A stretch of DNA of 64,000 nt from an uncultured virus (IMG/VR IMGVR_UViG_3300012920_000027) (taxonomy: Duplodnaviria > Heunggongvirae > Uroviricota > Caudoviricetes). Positions 47,173 through 55,883 of this stretch are shown in pieces. The number at the start of each line of letters is the position of its first letter. Within the stretch, counting starts at the first letter, position 1. The notes under the pieces are model-generated. The model saw only the letters and a list, made by a program, of their open reading frames with translations. It had not been told where the DNA came from and ran no database searches. The translations under genes were made by a program, and so were the position numbers. The stretch lies in the IMG/VR virus record IMGVR_UViG_3300012920_000027; one strand, written 5' to 3'.

Positions 47173-48012
47173 TCAGACATTCAACGCATTAACCGATGCA
47201 GACATCCAGATTGGTTCCTTTGTCCCTGATCGGTGGTTGATGATGAGTTGATGGTCGAGCACGAGAAGGTTGAGTTCACCTTTTCGGCAGGTTGGTTGCA
47301 GGATTTTGTTGACTGCGTAGGTGTCGAATGACGGTGCCTCTGTTTCATCGTCTGTGAGATGATTCAATTCGGCTTCATTCCCGTCGTAGATCACACGAAA
47401 CACTTCACCTGTGATTCCGCCGTTTGAGCAAATCATCACCACCTTTCCATCTTCTTGGATGAACTTGATGCGCGATGTTGTTGCGGAGGCGGTCTTGAGG
47501 TTCTTCATGAAAACCACCGGCTTGTTCACGCTAAAGCTAGAGTCAGCGTACCACAAGTCTTCCACATCCATTTTCCCTCCTGAATTATGCGAGTCGCAGT
47601 CTGAGGGGAGGATTTTGCGGTCGAATGGTTGCTTCAATGGGAACATGTCGTCGTCGATAGGGATCTTGCTGAGTCGGATGGTCGGACCGGTAACAGGTCC
47701 ATCAACCATCGAAGCGCGAAGGTCGACGCCCGCCAGGGCGCCCCAAAGTTTTCGTGTTCGTGTAAAACCGATCCCTTCAGGCGACACGATGATGTCGCTC
47801 ACCGTCTCGTAGGTAAATGGCGTAACCATCTTGCGGAATCGGTCAAACGATGCTCCGTCGATCTTGACCACGAAGTCTACATCCTGGACATGAATTCGTA
47901 CCTCGTCCTCTGGCTCCACCTCCTCGAACAGCTCGTCCATGACGAGCCCAAGTTCCTCTTCAGAGATGCCCAACCGGAGGGCGATGATTGGTCTTGCTTC
48001 AATCCATTGCAT
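47173..48012 (-). CDS. Possible DNA sliding-clamp (PCNA-like) fold protein
   Basis: 279 aa; the pattern FMKNLKTASATTSRIKFIQEDGKVVMIC...FDTYAVNKIL recalls PCNA domain 2. Weak. Confidence 0.4.
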   Translation of the reverse strand: MQWIEARPIIALRLGISEEELGLVMDELFEEVEPEDEVRIHVQDVDFVVKIDGASFDRFRKMVTPFTYETVSDIIVSPEGIGFTRTRKLWGALAGVDLRASMVDGPVTGPTIRLSKIPIDDDMFPLKQPFDRKILPSDCDSHNSGGKMDVEDLWYADSSFSVNKPVVFMKNLKTASATTSRIKFIQEDGKVVMICSNGGITGEVFRVIYDGNEAELNHLTDDETEAPSFDTYAVNKILQPTCRKGELNLLVLDHQLIINHRSGTKEPIWMSASVNALNV

Positions 48013-48018
48013 GAGCGG

Positions 48019-48270
48019 TCAGGCTGTCATTTGTTCGAGCCCTTCTTGGAGATCCATCAGATGGTTCCAGTAGTCAATGAACACCTTTGTCCCCTTGTCG
48101 GAACGACATTGCCACTTGATGGCTTCACCAAGGATTTCGTGTGCCTTTGTGAAATCAATGTCGTGTTCTTCACACAGGTCTTTGAGCATCGAGAATACCT
48201 TCTCGATTGGTCCTTTTGACCCATATTGCTTGAGGTACTTCAGAGTCCCCTTTTCGTCTTTCATAGGCAT
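48019..48270 (-). CDS. Hypothetical protein (array)
   Basis: Motif-linked ATG. Confidence 0.75.
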   Translation of the reverse strand: MPMKDEKGTLKYLKQYGSKGPIEKVFSMLKDLCEEHDIDFTKAHEILGEAIKWQCRSDKGTKVFIDYWNHLMDLQEGLEQMTA

Positions 48271-48497
48271 GAGCGGTCAGCTACTGTGAAGCGCTGCGGG
48301 GAGGTTTTGATGATTTTGAAGCGTTCATCACCTCCGAGGTAGGACTTGACTGCTCCGTGATGGATGTCGGGTCCCTTTGCCTGACGGACCTTATCACACA
48401 GGTCCAAAGCCAACAACGGGCTGTCGGCTTCGCAAAGGACCTCATACGCCTTATCACGGAAGCGGTCTCGTTTCCAGTGTTTGTTGATCCTGGTCAT
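48261..48497 (-). CDS. Small winged-helix-like protein (array)
   Basis: Motif-linked ATG; AYEVLCEADSPLLALDLCDKV...VKSYL. Confidence 0.6.
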   Translation of the reverse strand: MTRINKHWKRDRFRDKAYEVLCEADSPLLALDLCDKVRQAKGPDIHHGAVKSYLGGDERFKIIKTSPQRFTVADRSCL

Positions 48498-49314
48498 GAG
48501 CGGTCACGGTCATCGGAATGACCGTGCGGAAATGGACCTTTCGGGACTTGGTTGTCCTTTGTGTCTTCAACAGAAGCTCCAAAACCCGATCGTACATGTA
48601 GAGGGAACATTCACCCTTTTTCAGTACAGCCTTTCCGAGTTTAGCGAGATTGTCGACAGGCTTGAATGATAATCCTTCAGGTGTGTTTCCTGTTCCGTGG
48701 TTCATCCAAGAATCGTCTTCGGTCAGTTGAACCCGAATGCGGTCCATGTTTCTCCCACTTTTGTCTGTCCAACCACGGGTCATGTAGAGACCCGATTCGT
48801 TCCATTCCATTTCTAGTGGGAGCCCTGACATCAAGCGCAATGCCTTGAATGCCCGGTAGGGGGATTCTGTCAAATGAGTGCATTCAACCAGCTTTCCCTT
48901 TACTTTGTTCAAGACTGAGGCCTTCAGGATGTCTCTCTCACCGTAGGGTTCTAAACCTCCGATGACGGAATCCACTATTCCGGCCTTGACTTTCAGGTTG
49001 GTCTTCTCAACAGCGATATGGACTGTTTTTGCGGAACTATCTCGTAGTTTCTTGCGAAGTGTCCGGACATTCAACATGACGGTATGGGGTACAACATGCC
49101 CCCATTGGTATGCCGCCAGCGGTTTTTCTTGATCGCAGATCACTGCCCATGTAGGGCATGAGGTCACCATGCAAACAGCCATCACTTCGACGCTGTTTTT
49201 CGGCTTGCCTCCTTCAATCCATTCATCAATCGTGAGAAAAATGTAGTCTCCTCCAGCTTGGTTGGCCACCAGGTTGATGGCAAGGAGCAGATCCTGTTTT
49301 TCAATTTCAATCAT
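48454..49314 (-). CDS. Possible DNA sliding-clamp (beta-clamp/PCNA-like) fold protein
   Basis: MIEIEKQDLLLAINLV and VMLNVRTLRKKLRD...VHIAVEKTNLKVKAG recall the DnaN N-domain. Weak. Confidence 0.4.
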   Translation of the reverse strand: MIEIEKQDLLLAINLVANQAGGDYIFLTIDEWIEGGKPKNSVEVMAVCMVTSCPTWAVICDQEKPLAAYQWGHVVPHTVMLNVRTLRKKLRDSSAKTVHIAVEKTNLKVKAGIVDSVIGGLEPYGERDILKASVLNKVKGKLVECTHLTESPYRAFKALRLMSGLPLEMEWNESGLYMTRGWTDKSGRNMDRIRVQLTEDDSWMNHGTGNTPEGLSFKPVDNLAKLGKAVLKKGECSLYMYDRVLELLLKTQRTTKSRKVHFRTVIPMTVTAHDQDQQTLETRPLP

Positions 49315-49322
49315 GAGCGGTT

Positions 49323-50438
49323 TCATTCCATCAGTTCGTCAAGTGCTTGATCGAGGAGAGCTTGCTGCCGACGCTCGATGTGTTGCTTGACGGTGTACCT
49401 GATTGTACCCTTCGCATGTGGCTGGCTCCCATCGTTGGGGTAGCGCAGTTGAATCAATGCGGCCTTGCCGTGCTTGTTGTGGTCAGCACATTGGGGCTTG
49501 TCGCAATATCCAGTTGCATAGGGCTGCCGGTGGTGACCGGCAAAGCAGGTTCCATTGGACTTGACTGGCTCGCCATCGGCGTGCCATTGTGCGTGCTTGT
49601 CCTTGAGGTAGAAGTTTTCCTCGATGGCTAGGGCTTCTTTGAGCCCTTTTCCATCAGCATCAACCAGACGGTCCACTTCCCATTCTTTCACGAATGGACA
49701 CCACATGCACGACGACTTTTGGACTGGGGAACCATCTCCCCGGTAGTCCCATCCAAGGGCGTCAAGCATCTCGAGGCACTCCTTCCGGTCCATACCCAAA
49801 TCCATGAGAGGGTAGCCGTAGGTGTGTCCAAGGATTTGATTGCCCTTGAGGTCGTTCTTTCTGCGGTTTGCTGTGAACCTGTCTGATCGTCCCGACTCCC
49901 CTGCTTCAATGCCAAGGAGCCAGTGTTTGGTGCATACTTCATGGTTCCCGAAGGTTCGGTCGCCCCATTTCTGTTGGACTTGACCTTTGAACCTCATCGA
50001 GCACACATGGCCGCCGCTGCTTCCAGGAATCACAGGAAAGCTTCCGCCATCCATCAGCCATTCAAAAATCGTGTACACCTTCGGCGTCTTCTCGTACTCA
50101 GGCTTCACCTCCTTGTCGAGCTTTTTCCACTCGGTCCAACGAAGTTCCTCGCCTGTTTCGCGATGCTTGTAGATGTTGATCTCGTGACGGACGGTGACGA
50201 GAGGAAGCCCGATTTCTTCGCACCGCTTCTCAGCGTATGCAATGTTCTCGTAGGTCTCTGGCCATTCGGAGCCAGGATCGGAGAACACCGCCGCCACGAT
50301 TGGCGGCAAAGCTTGGTCGAGCTTCTCCCGAGTGATTCCAAGTTGTGCGGCTGCGCGGTCTCGGTCGAGGACCATTGCGAGAAGCGCCGTAGAATCGACG
50401 CCTCCACCGTAGGACAGGATGTTCACTTGTTCAGTCAT
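49323..50438 (-). CDS. PP-loop (adenine nucleotide alpha-hydrolase / PAPS-reductase-like) protein
   Basis: ILSYGGGVDSTA, FSDPGSEWPETY, CSMRFK, YPL and KSSCMWCPF motifs. Confidence 0.8.
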   Translation of the reverse strand: MTEQVNILSYGGGVDSTALLAMVLDRDRAAAQLGITREKLDQALPPIVAAVFSDPGSEWPETYENIAYAEKRCEEIGLPLVTVRHEINIYKHRETGEELRWTEWKKLDKEVKPEYEKTPKVYTIFEWLMDGGSFPVIPGSSGGHVCSMRFKGQVQQKWGDRTFGNHEVCTKHWLLGIEAGESGRSDRFTANRRKNDLKGNQILGHTYGYPLMDLGMDRKECLEMLDALGWDYRGDGSPVQKSSCMWCPFVKEWEVDRLVDADGKGLKEALAIEENFYLKDKHAQWHADGEPVKSNGTCFAGHHRQPYATGYCDKPQCADHNKHGKAALIQLRYPNDGSQPHAKGTIRYTVKQHIERRQQALLDQALDELME

Positions 50439-50444
50439 GAGCGG

Positions 50445-50591
50445 TCACTGCACCTCGATTGTATCGAGGGCCTTTTTGATTTCGTCTCGGAGCTCAAGAT
50501 CAAACGATGACGACTCTGCGTCCATGTAAAGTGTTTCCATGATGATCTCGTAAGCCCAATCGGGCATAACAAGGGTTACTTGCTTGGTCAT
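50445..50591 (-). CDS. 48-aa protein (array)
   Basis: Variant motif ACCACTCATG to motif TGA, in frame. Confidence 0.65.
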   Translation of the reverse strand: MTKQVTLVMPDWAYEIIMETLYMDAESSSFDLELRDEIKKALDTIEVQ

Positions 50592-50601
50592 GAGTGGTTC
50601 A

Positions 50602-50773
50602 CTTTCACTTTCACATCTTAGGGTGTAAGTTGATTGATATACCAGAGCCTCTGATTTCCGTTGCTCTGGTGGACGGCGAGGGTCGGGGTCTGCACTTTTG
50701 CGTGTGTCGACCTCCCCGAGGGAACTCGCCGTCCATCAGGCAACATGCAGATCACCCCTAAGATCGTGTCGGT
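50602..50773 (-). ncRNA. Putative ~170-nt structured ncRNA (long rod with an internal bubble)
   Basis: Follows an ATG-less motif; stems 50615-50623/50756-50764, 50660-50680/50725-50744 and 50681-50685/50708-50712. Confidence 0.6.
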
Positions 50774-50780
50774 GAGCGGT

Positions 50781-51221
50781 TCATTCCTGGTCGAGCCAGG
50801 AAAGGTCGATGGATCGGATGGCTTCGTCGAACTCATCCGACCGTAGAACTTGGTGGCAAAGGTTTGTGTTCCCATGCTTGTGTTCGACTCCTCGACCGCT
50901 GCCCAAAATTGTGGAAACAGCGAGGTAAGCGAGGTTTGCGATGAAGCGTGCGTCGTTGCAAGGGCTTGAAGCGTTGGTAGACCAACCAGCAGCAGCCATG
51001 CGCTTCACAAAGTCGAGGTCGACAAACGATGGTACTTCTTCACCGAAGGCGTTGGAAGTGGCGCAGAGGCGCCAGTACCAGTTCTCCGGGTCACGGCTGA
51101 TGAGTCTGTGTTCGTTGAACACATTGCACATCGAACCAAGAATCCAGCCATTTGTCCATTGCAGTTCTTTTTCTGAGAATCCCTTTGAGATTCCGTTCGT
51201 AATTCCTACTAGTAGAGGCAT
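50781..51221 (-). CDS. Hypothetical protein (array)
   Basis: Motif-linked ATG. Confidence 0.75.
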   Translation of the reverse strand: MPLLVGITNGISKGFSEKELQWTNGWILGSMCNVFNEHRLISRDPENWYWRLCATSNAFGEEVPSFVDLDFVKRMAAAGWSTNASSPCNDARFIANLAYLAVSTILGSGRGVEHKHGNTNLCHQVLRSDEFDEAIRSIDLSWLDQE

Positions 51222-51230
51222 GAGCGGTTT

Positions 51231-51653
51231 CTGCTGCTCCCAAAGTGGCGTGTCCGAAGACGCAGGCCAGGGTAGCGCCAGTTTTGTGACCGGGGCTCGA
51301 TCGTTTCCTCCCGTGGCAATAACCAGGGCTTGAGCTTCTGGACCCAATTGATGCCCCGGGAAACAGAGTGTGCTTGCGCGGCGCGCTGCAGTGACCCCTT
51401 CCAGGCGGGCATGTTCGTCCAACTTGCTATCTCCCAATGGTCTACCACGCCTCGGTTCCACGAACCCAAACGGTATGGCGCACTCTTCCAGTCACTGCCT
51501 AAGACTGCGTGACGGGGAGCGTGCAGAAAGCGGTCACCCTTCTTGTGAGCTTGCGAGGACCTGGATGCAACTGAGATTCTTCACGCTAGACCTTGATCTT
51601 GCGCTACTTCTTCTACGGTGCTGAGGTCTCCCCGTCTTGTCGTCAGGGTGAGT
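51231..51653 (-). ncRNA. Putative ~420-nt structured ncRNA
   Basis: Follows an ATG-less motif; no motif-led ORF; several hairpins including a cUUCGg tetraloop on the minus strand (51252-51261). Confidence 0.5.
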
Positions 51654-51668
51654 GAGCGGTTGAGGGTT

Positions 51669-52319
51669 TCATTCCTCTTGTTCCGAGTTCTTCTCGTTCA
51701 TTGCTTGCATGAACCTCTCGACGAGGGCGCGAGCCCCCCCGGCTTCAAAGTTCGGCGACAAGCAGTTGCGCGTAGGCATATCTTCCCATGTCTGCTCTTG
51801 GCCGGACATGAGGACCGTGCCTTGTACGCAGTCGTAGATGAGATTGCCGGAAACGGCGAAGTCCCCTGCGAAGCTACCGTACTGGCTCCAGATTGGATCG
51901 ACGAGTGCTTCCTCGAATCGGATGCCTCGACGGCGGTGGTAGTCTGGGTGCTTGCCATCCATAGCTTCGGGTTCAGGTTCAATGACTTGGTCGATGCCGT
52001 CGAAAAGATCCTTGTAGCAGAATTCAATGAATGAATCTTGACCGTTATTGATGTACATGGTGATATTTTCTACATCGCCACTGTCGTGGCCGCCGTAGAA
52101 GTGAATATCGAGCTTGGACACACCGATTTCCTGCAGTATCGCAAGGGTCTCACCAGGAGACGGCAACTTGCGCTTGGTGCGGATCTCGGTTTCACCACGG
52201 TAGTTCTCATATTCGTACTCGACGAATCCGAAAAGTTCCTTGGTTGCCACTAGGACTTCCATGATCTTCAAACGGAGGGTATCTCGGATATTGGTGTTGG
52301 CACTTTGTTCTTGTGTCAT
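51669..52319 (-). CDS. DUF6878-like protein (array)
   Basis: Motif-linked ATG; IHFYGGHDSGDVE. Confidence 0.6.
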   Translation of the reverse strand: MTQEQSANTNIRDTLRLKIMEVLVATKELFGFVEYEYENYRGETEIRTKRKLPSPGETLAILQEIGVSKLDIHFYGGHDSGDVENITMYINNGQDSFIEFCYKDLFDGIDQVIEPEPEAMDGKHPDYHRRRGIRFEEALVDPIWSQYGSFAGDFAVSGNLIYDCVQGTVLMSGQEQTWEDMPTRNCLSPNFEAGGARALVERFMQAMNEKNSEQEE

Positions 52320-52326
52320 GAGCGGT

Positions 52327-52722
52327 TCAAAGCATCCTGCACCGAGGGCATGCAACGCCGAAGCGTTCCACGACCGGGCATTCTGCCATCGTTCGTTGTT
52401 CATCTGCATTGAGGTTGCCCCAGCAATGCTCCTCTGCGTATTCCTTGACCTCTTCAGGGGCTTCAAGAGACACGGCGAGGATTGGGGTCCATTCGTACGG
52501 GTCGGGTTGGTCGTCTGGTATCTGGGTGTTATGGAGGCAGAATTGGTTAATTCCTTCTCGGCCAGTCACTACATCGGTAATCCAGTATTCCTCGCCGACC
52601 TCAAGTTCAAGCTCATCTCCTTTGCTGTTGGTGATGATGAACTTACGGCCTTTCAATTGGAAGGCTCTGTCGACGCCAAAAGGCATCTCAATGAAGTCTT
52701 CTTCGAACCAGTATTGTTTCAT
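52327..52722 (-). CDS. Hypothetical protein (array)
   Basis: Motif-linked ATG. Confidence 0.75.
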   Translation of the reverse strand: MKQYWFEEDFIEMPFGVDRAFQLKGRKFIITNSKGDELELEVGEEYWITDVVTGREGINQFCLHNTQIPDDQPDPYEWTPILAVSLEAPEEVKEYAEEHCWGNLNADEQRTMAECPVVERFGVACPRCRML

Positions 52723-52737
52723 GAGCGGTTGTGAGGT

Positions 52738-52941
52738 TCATTCCTCTTCGGCGTAGCGTTCTCCGTGACCTTCCATCACCCACGATCCGATACCGTTTCC
52801 GTTCGAATCGGTGATGAGTCCACCAATAGCTCCATTGCTCACGGATTGCTTGATCTCGTCAAGGATTTGCGTGATTTCAGGTAAAGGTGTCTCGTCAAAC
52901 GCTGCGTTGTCCATCATGAAATGCATTCTGAATTGGGCCAT
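52738..52941 (-). CDS. Hypothetical phage-type protein (array)
   Basis: Motif-linked ATG; DNAAF...DSNGNGIGSW. Confidence 0.75.
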   Translation of the reverse strand: MAQFRMHFMMDNAAFDETPLPEITQILDEIKQSVSNGAIGGLITDSNGNGIGSWVMEGHGERYAEEE

Positions 52942-53138
52942 GAGCGGTCGTAGTGGCGCCACAGTCGTTCGTAGACCGAGTAGATCGGAATGAACACGAT
53001 GGTGCTGTAAATGATGAATGGTCCTACCATCGTCATGTAGTCCATGTCCATGAACCAACACCACGCCAGGGCGAAGGGTTGGAAGACAATGGTCCCGTAG
53101 ACGGGGCGGAAGAAGTCCTTCCAAAAGTGAGGTCGCAT
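52914..53138 (-). CDS. Small membrane protein (array)
   Basis: Motif-linked ATG; two hydrophobic segments. Confidence 0.7.
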   Translation of the reverse strand: MRPHFWKDFFRPVYGTIVFQPFALAWCWFMDMDYMTMVGPFIIYSTIVFIPIYSVYERLWRHYDRSWPNSECIS

Positions 53139-53145
53139 GAGCGGT

Positions 53146-53391
53146 TCATTCTGTGATCAGTTCAAGGTCACGGGGGAAGATGTAGAATTTTGTCCAATTG
53201 TCCCAGACCAAATCCAGTCCGGCGAACAAAAATCCGTGTCTTTCACACTCCTTCTCAGCCTCTTCCAAGGCCTTCTCGATGTTTTCTTTCGTCACATCCG
53301 TAGGAAAAATCAGTTCCTCGGTGTCGCCGTGTTTGTCTTCGTTGTCTCGGTAGAAATGGACAAGCCAGAATTTCGAATCTGTGTTTTCCAT
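53146..53391 (-). CDS. Hypothetical protein (array)
   Basis: Motif-linked ATG. Confidence 0.75.
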   Translation of the reverse strand: MENTDSKFWLVHFYRDNEDKHGDTEELIFPTDVTKENIEKALEEAEKECERHGFLFAGLDLVWDNWTKFYIFPRDLELITE

Positions 53392-53398
53392 GAGCGGT

Positions 53399-53701
53399 TC
53401 AAAACACCATTGGTTTTTGGTGTAGCAAGCAAAAGTGGATTCCCCTCATCACTGCGTCGAAGACGAATTGAGCTTCACGCTCAGTCATCAACCCAGTAGC
53501 CAAGGGGCACTTGTTGTGTTTGGATTTCGTGACGGCCCAAACGCCCCACTCTTGTGAGGGGTCTTGGTCGCCGGGGTAGATCGTGTGAACAAGCACGATG
53601 TCCAAGTTTGCGTCGCAGACATTGGGTTTGGTCACATCCATGATGTCCTTCTCGAGCTTGCAAAAATCTGGTTTCTCTTGACGGATAACCTTGTGTTCCA
53701 T
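53399..53701 (-). CDS. Hypothetical protein (array)
   Basis: Motif-linked ATG. Confidence 0.75.
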   Translation of the reverse strand: MEHKVIRQEKPDFCKLEKDIMDVTKPNVCDANLDIVLVHTIYPGDQDPSQEWGVWAVTKSKHNKCPLATGLMTEREAQFVFDAVMRGIHFCLLHQKPMVF

Positions 53702-53709
53702 GAGCGGTT

Positions 53710-54099
53710 TCAACCCTGGTAGGGTTCGTATTCGTTGGTCGTTGAGTTCCATTGGAAGTACTGCCCATACCCTTGAATGTACCACTGGCCAGAGCCTGGT
53801 GGCATCTCAAAGGGCTCACCCCATCCTGTTGCGCCTTGCTCCATCGGGACCTCGAATTGAGAGGCAACAGGCGTGAGATTGACTTGTCTTCGGCTTGGGA
53901 TAGCCACCAAGACAGGAAGCCAACACCACACCAGCACCGTAAGGTAGCCAGCGTAGAAGGCGGGGGTATGAACGAATTCAGGCAGATCTACATTCGGCAG
54001 ATCGTACTCAAGGTATGTTGCACCTACATAACCGATGGCTCCGAAGAGCAAAATCAGTCCTGTGATGCGGCGGGTTGCCATTGCAACGAGGTTCGTCAT
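53710..54099 (-). CDS. Two-TM membrane protein (array)
   Basis: Motif-linked ATG; two TM segments and a Trp/Tyr-rich C-terminus. Confidence 0.75.
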   Translation of the reverse strand: MTNLVAMATRRITGLILLFGAIGYVGATYLEYDLPNVDLPEFVHTPAFYAGYLTVLVWCWLPVLVAIPSRRQVNLTPVASQFEVPMEQGATGWGEPFEMPPGSGQWYIQGYGQYFQWNSTTNEYEPYQG

Positions 54100-54120
54100 G
54101 AGCGGTTGTAGTGGGTTCAA

Positions 54121-54486
54121 CTAGAAAGGCGTGTCCGTGAGGAACTCTTCCATCATCTCAACCCTCTTCACCTGGTTTGTTCGGGCATCAAGGTCGATGA
54201 TGGTGTTCACTACCTGTGTTCCATCCATCTTTGTGACTGTGCAACGAGACCTTGGCTTGAGGTAAATGCGATACTTGCCGATCGTCCCATCCTCTTCTTG
54301 CCTGTTCTCGTCTACGATTGCGAAGTCTCCCGCCTTGGTAAGGCGACACTCCATTTGCCCATCCTCGGTCATGCGAGTGATGGAAATGTCGGGGCCGCAT
54401 TCTTCCAAGAGGAAAACCTTCAGCGCATCTTCTGATTCATGCCAGTCTTGTTCTTGGCCGTCACTCGTCGTGTACTTCAGGTTCAT
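54121..54486 (-). CDS. Hypothetical protein (array)
   Basis: Motif-linked ATG. Confidence 0.75.
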   Translation of the reverse strand: MNLKYTTSDGQEQDWHESEDALKVFLLEECGPDISITRMTEDGQMECRLTKAGDFAIVDENRQEEDGTIGKYRIYLKPRSRCTVTKMDGTQVVNTIIDLDARTNQVKRVEMMEEFLTDTPF

Positions 54487-54500
54487 GAGCGGTTTCCACC

Positions 54501-54893
54501 TTAAGCGCTACTGCGCACAACGGCGTCTGTGTACCCGATTGAAAGGTCCCAAGCCTCGACATAACGCTCCACCCCTGGAGTCAGCTCCAACATGAGCTGT
54601 GCTGTAAAGGGGTGAAGAAGCAGCCAGTCTTCCAGTTCGGGCAACCATTCCTTGGCTTGCTTCAGAACTGTAATCGGGTCTGTTTCCTCGTTTTCCATCT
54701 CAGGGTCGATGACCGGACAATGGGGTTCGGCCAGTTCCTCAAAGAGCAACTGATTCAGGGCATCGTGTACTTGCTGTTCTTCCTCCCAAAACGAGATTCC
54801 CCGAAGGAATCCTGGTTGTGTTTCGTTGGGCGAGTCGTATGATCCATCATCTCGAATGTAGAGGACATGAATCGTTCCTTTTCCAGCGTTCAT
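54501..54893 (-). CDS. Hypothetical acidic protein (array)
   Basis: Motif-linked ATG. Confidence 0.75.
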   Translation of the reverse strand: MNAGKGTIHVLYIRDDGSYDSPNETQPGFLRGISFWEEEQQVHDALNQLLFEELAEPHCPVIDPEMENEETDPITVLKQAKEWLPELEDWLLLHPFTAQLMLELTPGVERYVEAWDLSIGYTDAVVRSSA

Positions 54894-54900
54894 GAGCGGT

Positions 54901-55146
54901 TTAGCAGGGTTCTCCTGGGTCGAAGTTTCCACCTTCATCAGAATCCATGGCCTTCAGGGTCAATTCAACCCAAGCGGCATCTTTGTCGTCGTAGATCACC
55001 GACGCGCCCTCGTCGAAATGCATGATGCTCTCGACTTCTTGGCCTTCGAGGTTGTAGTTCTCCAAGTGGTAAAACACGACATCAGCCCCCGGTGGGCTCT
55101 TTTGGAGGATTTCAATGAGTTCTCCAACGGTCAATTGCTTTTTCAT
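54901..55146 (-). CDS. Hypothetical phage-type protein (array)
   Basis: Motif-linked ATG; LTVGELIEILQKSPP. Confidence 0.75.
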   Translation of the reverse strand: MKKQLTVGELIEILQKSPPGADVVFYHLENYNLEGQEVESIMHFDEGASVIYDDKDAAWVELTLKAMDSDEGGNFDPGEPC

Positions 55147-55152
55147 GAGCGG

Positions 55153-55239
55153 TCACTCACCAACGAATTCACCGTGGTAAGGCATTTCTGTGTGGTTATG
55201 GTCCGGACGGACCAGTTCAAGGTCGAATTGAGGCGACAT
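55153..55239 (-). CDS. 28-aa micro-protein (array)
   Basis: MSPQFDLELVRPDHNHTEMPYHGEFVGE; motif ATG to motif TGA. Confidence 0.6.
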   Translation of the reverse strand: MSPQFDLELVRPDHNHTEMPYHGEFVGE

Positions 55240-55246
55240 GAGCGGT

Positions 55247-55504
55247 TCACGATTTCTTTTTCGGCTTCTTTCGTCCCCATTTGAGGATTTCAAAGCTTGT
55301 TGCTTCTACGACGAAACCTGATCGTTGGGCAGTTTGGACTTCCAACGATCTGTAGGGTTTGAGTTCTCGAGGCAGTTCAATTGGCCCTGCGTCTCGGAGT
55401 TCCTCCAACAATTCCTCTTTGAGTTCGTCAACCTGTTTTTTCAATTGGTTTTGCTTGTCCATCAAGGTTCTAAGCTCCTTGATTTTGTCGATTTGCGAAA
55501 GCAT
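55247..55504 (-). CDS. Small coiled-coil protein (array)
   Basis: Motif-linked ATG. Confidence 0.75.
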   Translation of the reverse strand: MLSQIDKIKELRTLMDKQNQLKKQVDELKEELLEELRDAGPIELPRELKPYRSLEVQTAQRSGFVVEATSFEILKWGRKKPKKKS

Positions 55505-55519
55505 GAGCGGTTGTTGGAT

Positions 55520-55867
55520 TCACAGGGCATCCACAGACCAACGGTTCACCTTGATTTTCACATCCGGGTAGTAGTGGTCGTGGCATAGCTGTACTTGGTA
55601 GGCAAGCATTCCATCGGGTTCTGAGTCGTAAGCTCCGTATCGGCTAAACAGACCCATCACAATCCTCATGTCGTGCTGTAGCTTTTGGGCGAAGTCCATC
55701 GCGTCCTGTTGCCCAAAGGGCACCCCAGGCTTCTTGGTTGCGCCGTACATGTCCCGTGCCATCAAATTGAACGACATGTTCAGGATCTCTGCGACCTCAT
55801 CACAGTTCATCGTACTTGAGTACAGTTGCCATGATTCAGCGTCCATGTTGCAGGTGTAGTGTTCCAT
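55520..55867 (-). CDS. Hypothetical protein (array)
   Basis: Motif-linked ATG. Confidence 0.75.
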   Translation of the reverse strand: MEHYTCNMDAESWQLYSSTMNCDEVAEILNMSFNLMARDMYGATKKPGVPFGQQDAMDFAQKLQHDMRIVMGLFSRYGAYDSEPDGMLAYQVQLCHDHYYPDVKIKVNRWSVDAL

Positions 55868-55883
55868 GAGCGGTAGTTGACCC

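Noticed and set aside
51640..51646. Hammerhead ribozyme core (CUGACGA on the minus strand)
   Set aside because: No stem II followed by GAAA and no matching stems I/III could be found.
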